A DNA stretch of 62,897 nt, filler included, from Bigelowiella natans CCMP2755 (Eukaryota; Protista; Cercozoa): the NCBI GenBank assembly GCA_000320545.1. It is 7 parts of 7 records of this genome, joined end to end, with 100 filler letters (N's around TTAATTAATTAA, not from the genome) between each part and the next. Parts side by side here need not be neighbours in the genome. Positions count along the whole stretch, not along the records: positions 60,694 to 62,897 come from ADNK01003236.1; 6 more parts are not named here. The stretch is one strand, 5' to 3'. This document shows positions 62,289-62,897 of the stretch, in pieces (the stretch's first letter is position 1; every line of letters begins with the position of its first letter). The notes below the pieces were generated by a model. It searched no databases. It worked only from the letters and a program-made list of their open reading frames with translations, and had not been told where the DNA came from. Position numbers and translations under genes: made by a program.

Positions 62289-62332
<44 letters not shown>

Positions 62333-62549
62333 TCTTCTACATGTGCGGTAATCATTCACCCGCACCTGTTACGCGTCACCGGTTGGCAAGAATGCAAACA
62401 GAATCACGTCTCTCTCGTCTCCCCTCTTTTCTTCTTCTTCCAGTGCTGATCAATTATATGCGTTATTGTTGTTGTTGTTGTTGTTGTTGTTGGAGCAGAT
62501 AACGATAGATACAATGCTGGATATCATCAAGCAAACGCTACACATGCCG
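60829..62549 (+). CDS. PDZ-domain protein (partial)
   Basis: Exons splice to YSTVVTSKPFGMSLDQ|DLRVISAKSPADKE|GIMCGDRLEKIAGQSVTSDSW|KKQFFDEKVPFALTMSRP, a complete PDZ pattern. Confidence 0.75.
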
Positions 62550-62561
62550 GTTGGTGGTATA

Positions 62562-62610
<49 letters not shown>

Positions 62611-62897
62611 CTCACACTGCCGTCCGCCTACACGCACAAAAATAAATGATGTGTTTTTTTAAAATGGACATTGTCAGATAGAATATATGTGTGTGTGTGT
62701 GCGTATATATATATTGCATGTGTGTGCAGTTTGTTCGATCACGCTGGCACCGCAAGAAGAGCTTTGGCCTTTCCTTCCACGGCAACGAGTAGTGCAGCGA
62801 CGATAATGATGATGATGATAATAGCATGATGAAATGGGGGGGGGGGGGGGGGGGGGGGGGATTGCTCGCTACATTGCCTATCTCTCTAGCTTGTTGT

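Overview
Eukaryotic (protist-type) genomic DNA. The window is seven contigs joined by artificial 100-nt N/TTAATTAATTAA spacers. Host genes are intron-rich and most introns contain microsatellites. Two genes have signal-peptide plus Arg/Ser-rich leaders, which suggests an alga with a secondary plastid (e.g. a chlorarachniophyte); this is inference. The main feature is a complete, apparently young 5.7-kb Ty3/gypsy (Metaviridae) LTR retrotransposon at 7383-13098 on the minus strand, with identical 326-bp LTRs, an AGTC target-site duplication and one 1657-aa gag-pol ORF. It has an atypical integrase (D-X27-E) and, where a chromodomain would usually sit, a C-terminal domain that resembles the DIRS/phage-type DNA adenine methyltransferase fold. 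It is inserted into a degenerate reading frame that is almost free of TpA dinucleotides, a signature that recurs in intergenic spacers. Host genes reconstructed by manual splicing: an OTU-like protein, a small membrane protein with a targeting leader, a chromodomain protein, a tandem (MerT-like + HMA)x2 protein, a small gene with scrambled exon order, a calpain, a CUE/PDZ protein, Pumilio, a beta-lactamase-family hydrolase, a formin, a TMC/OSCA-like membrane protein, GGTase-I beta, an intronless MAPK15/ERK7 and a PDZ protein. All assignments are by eye; no database search was run.
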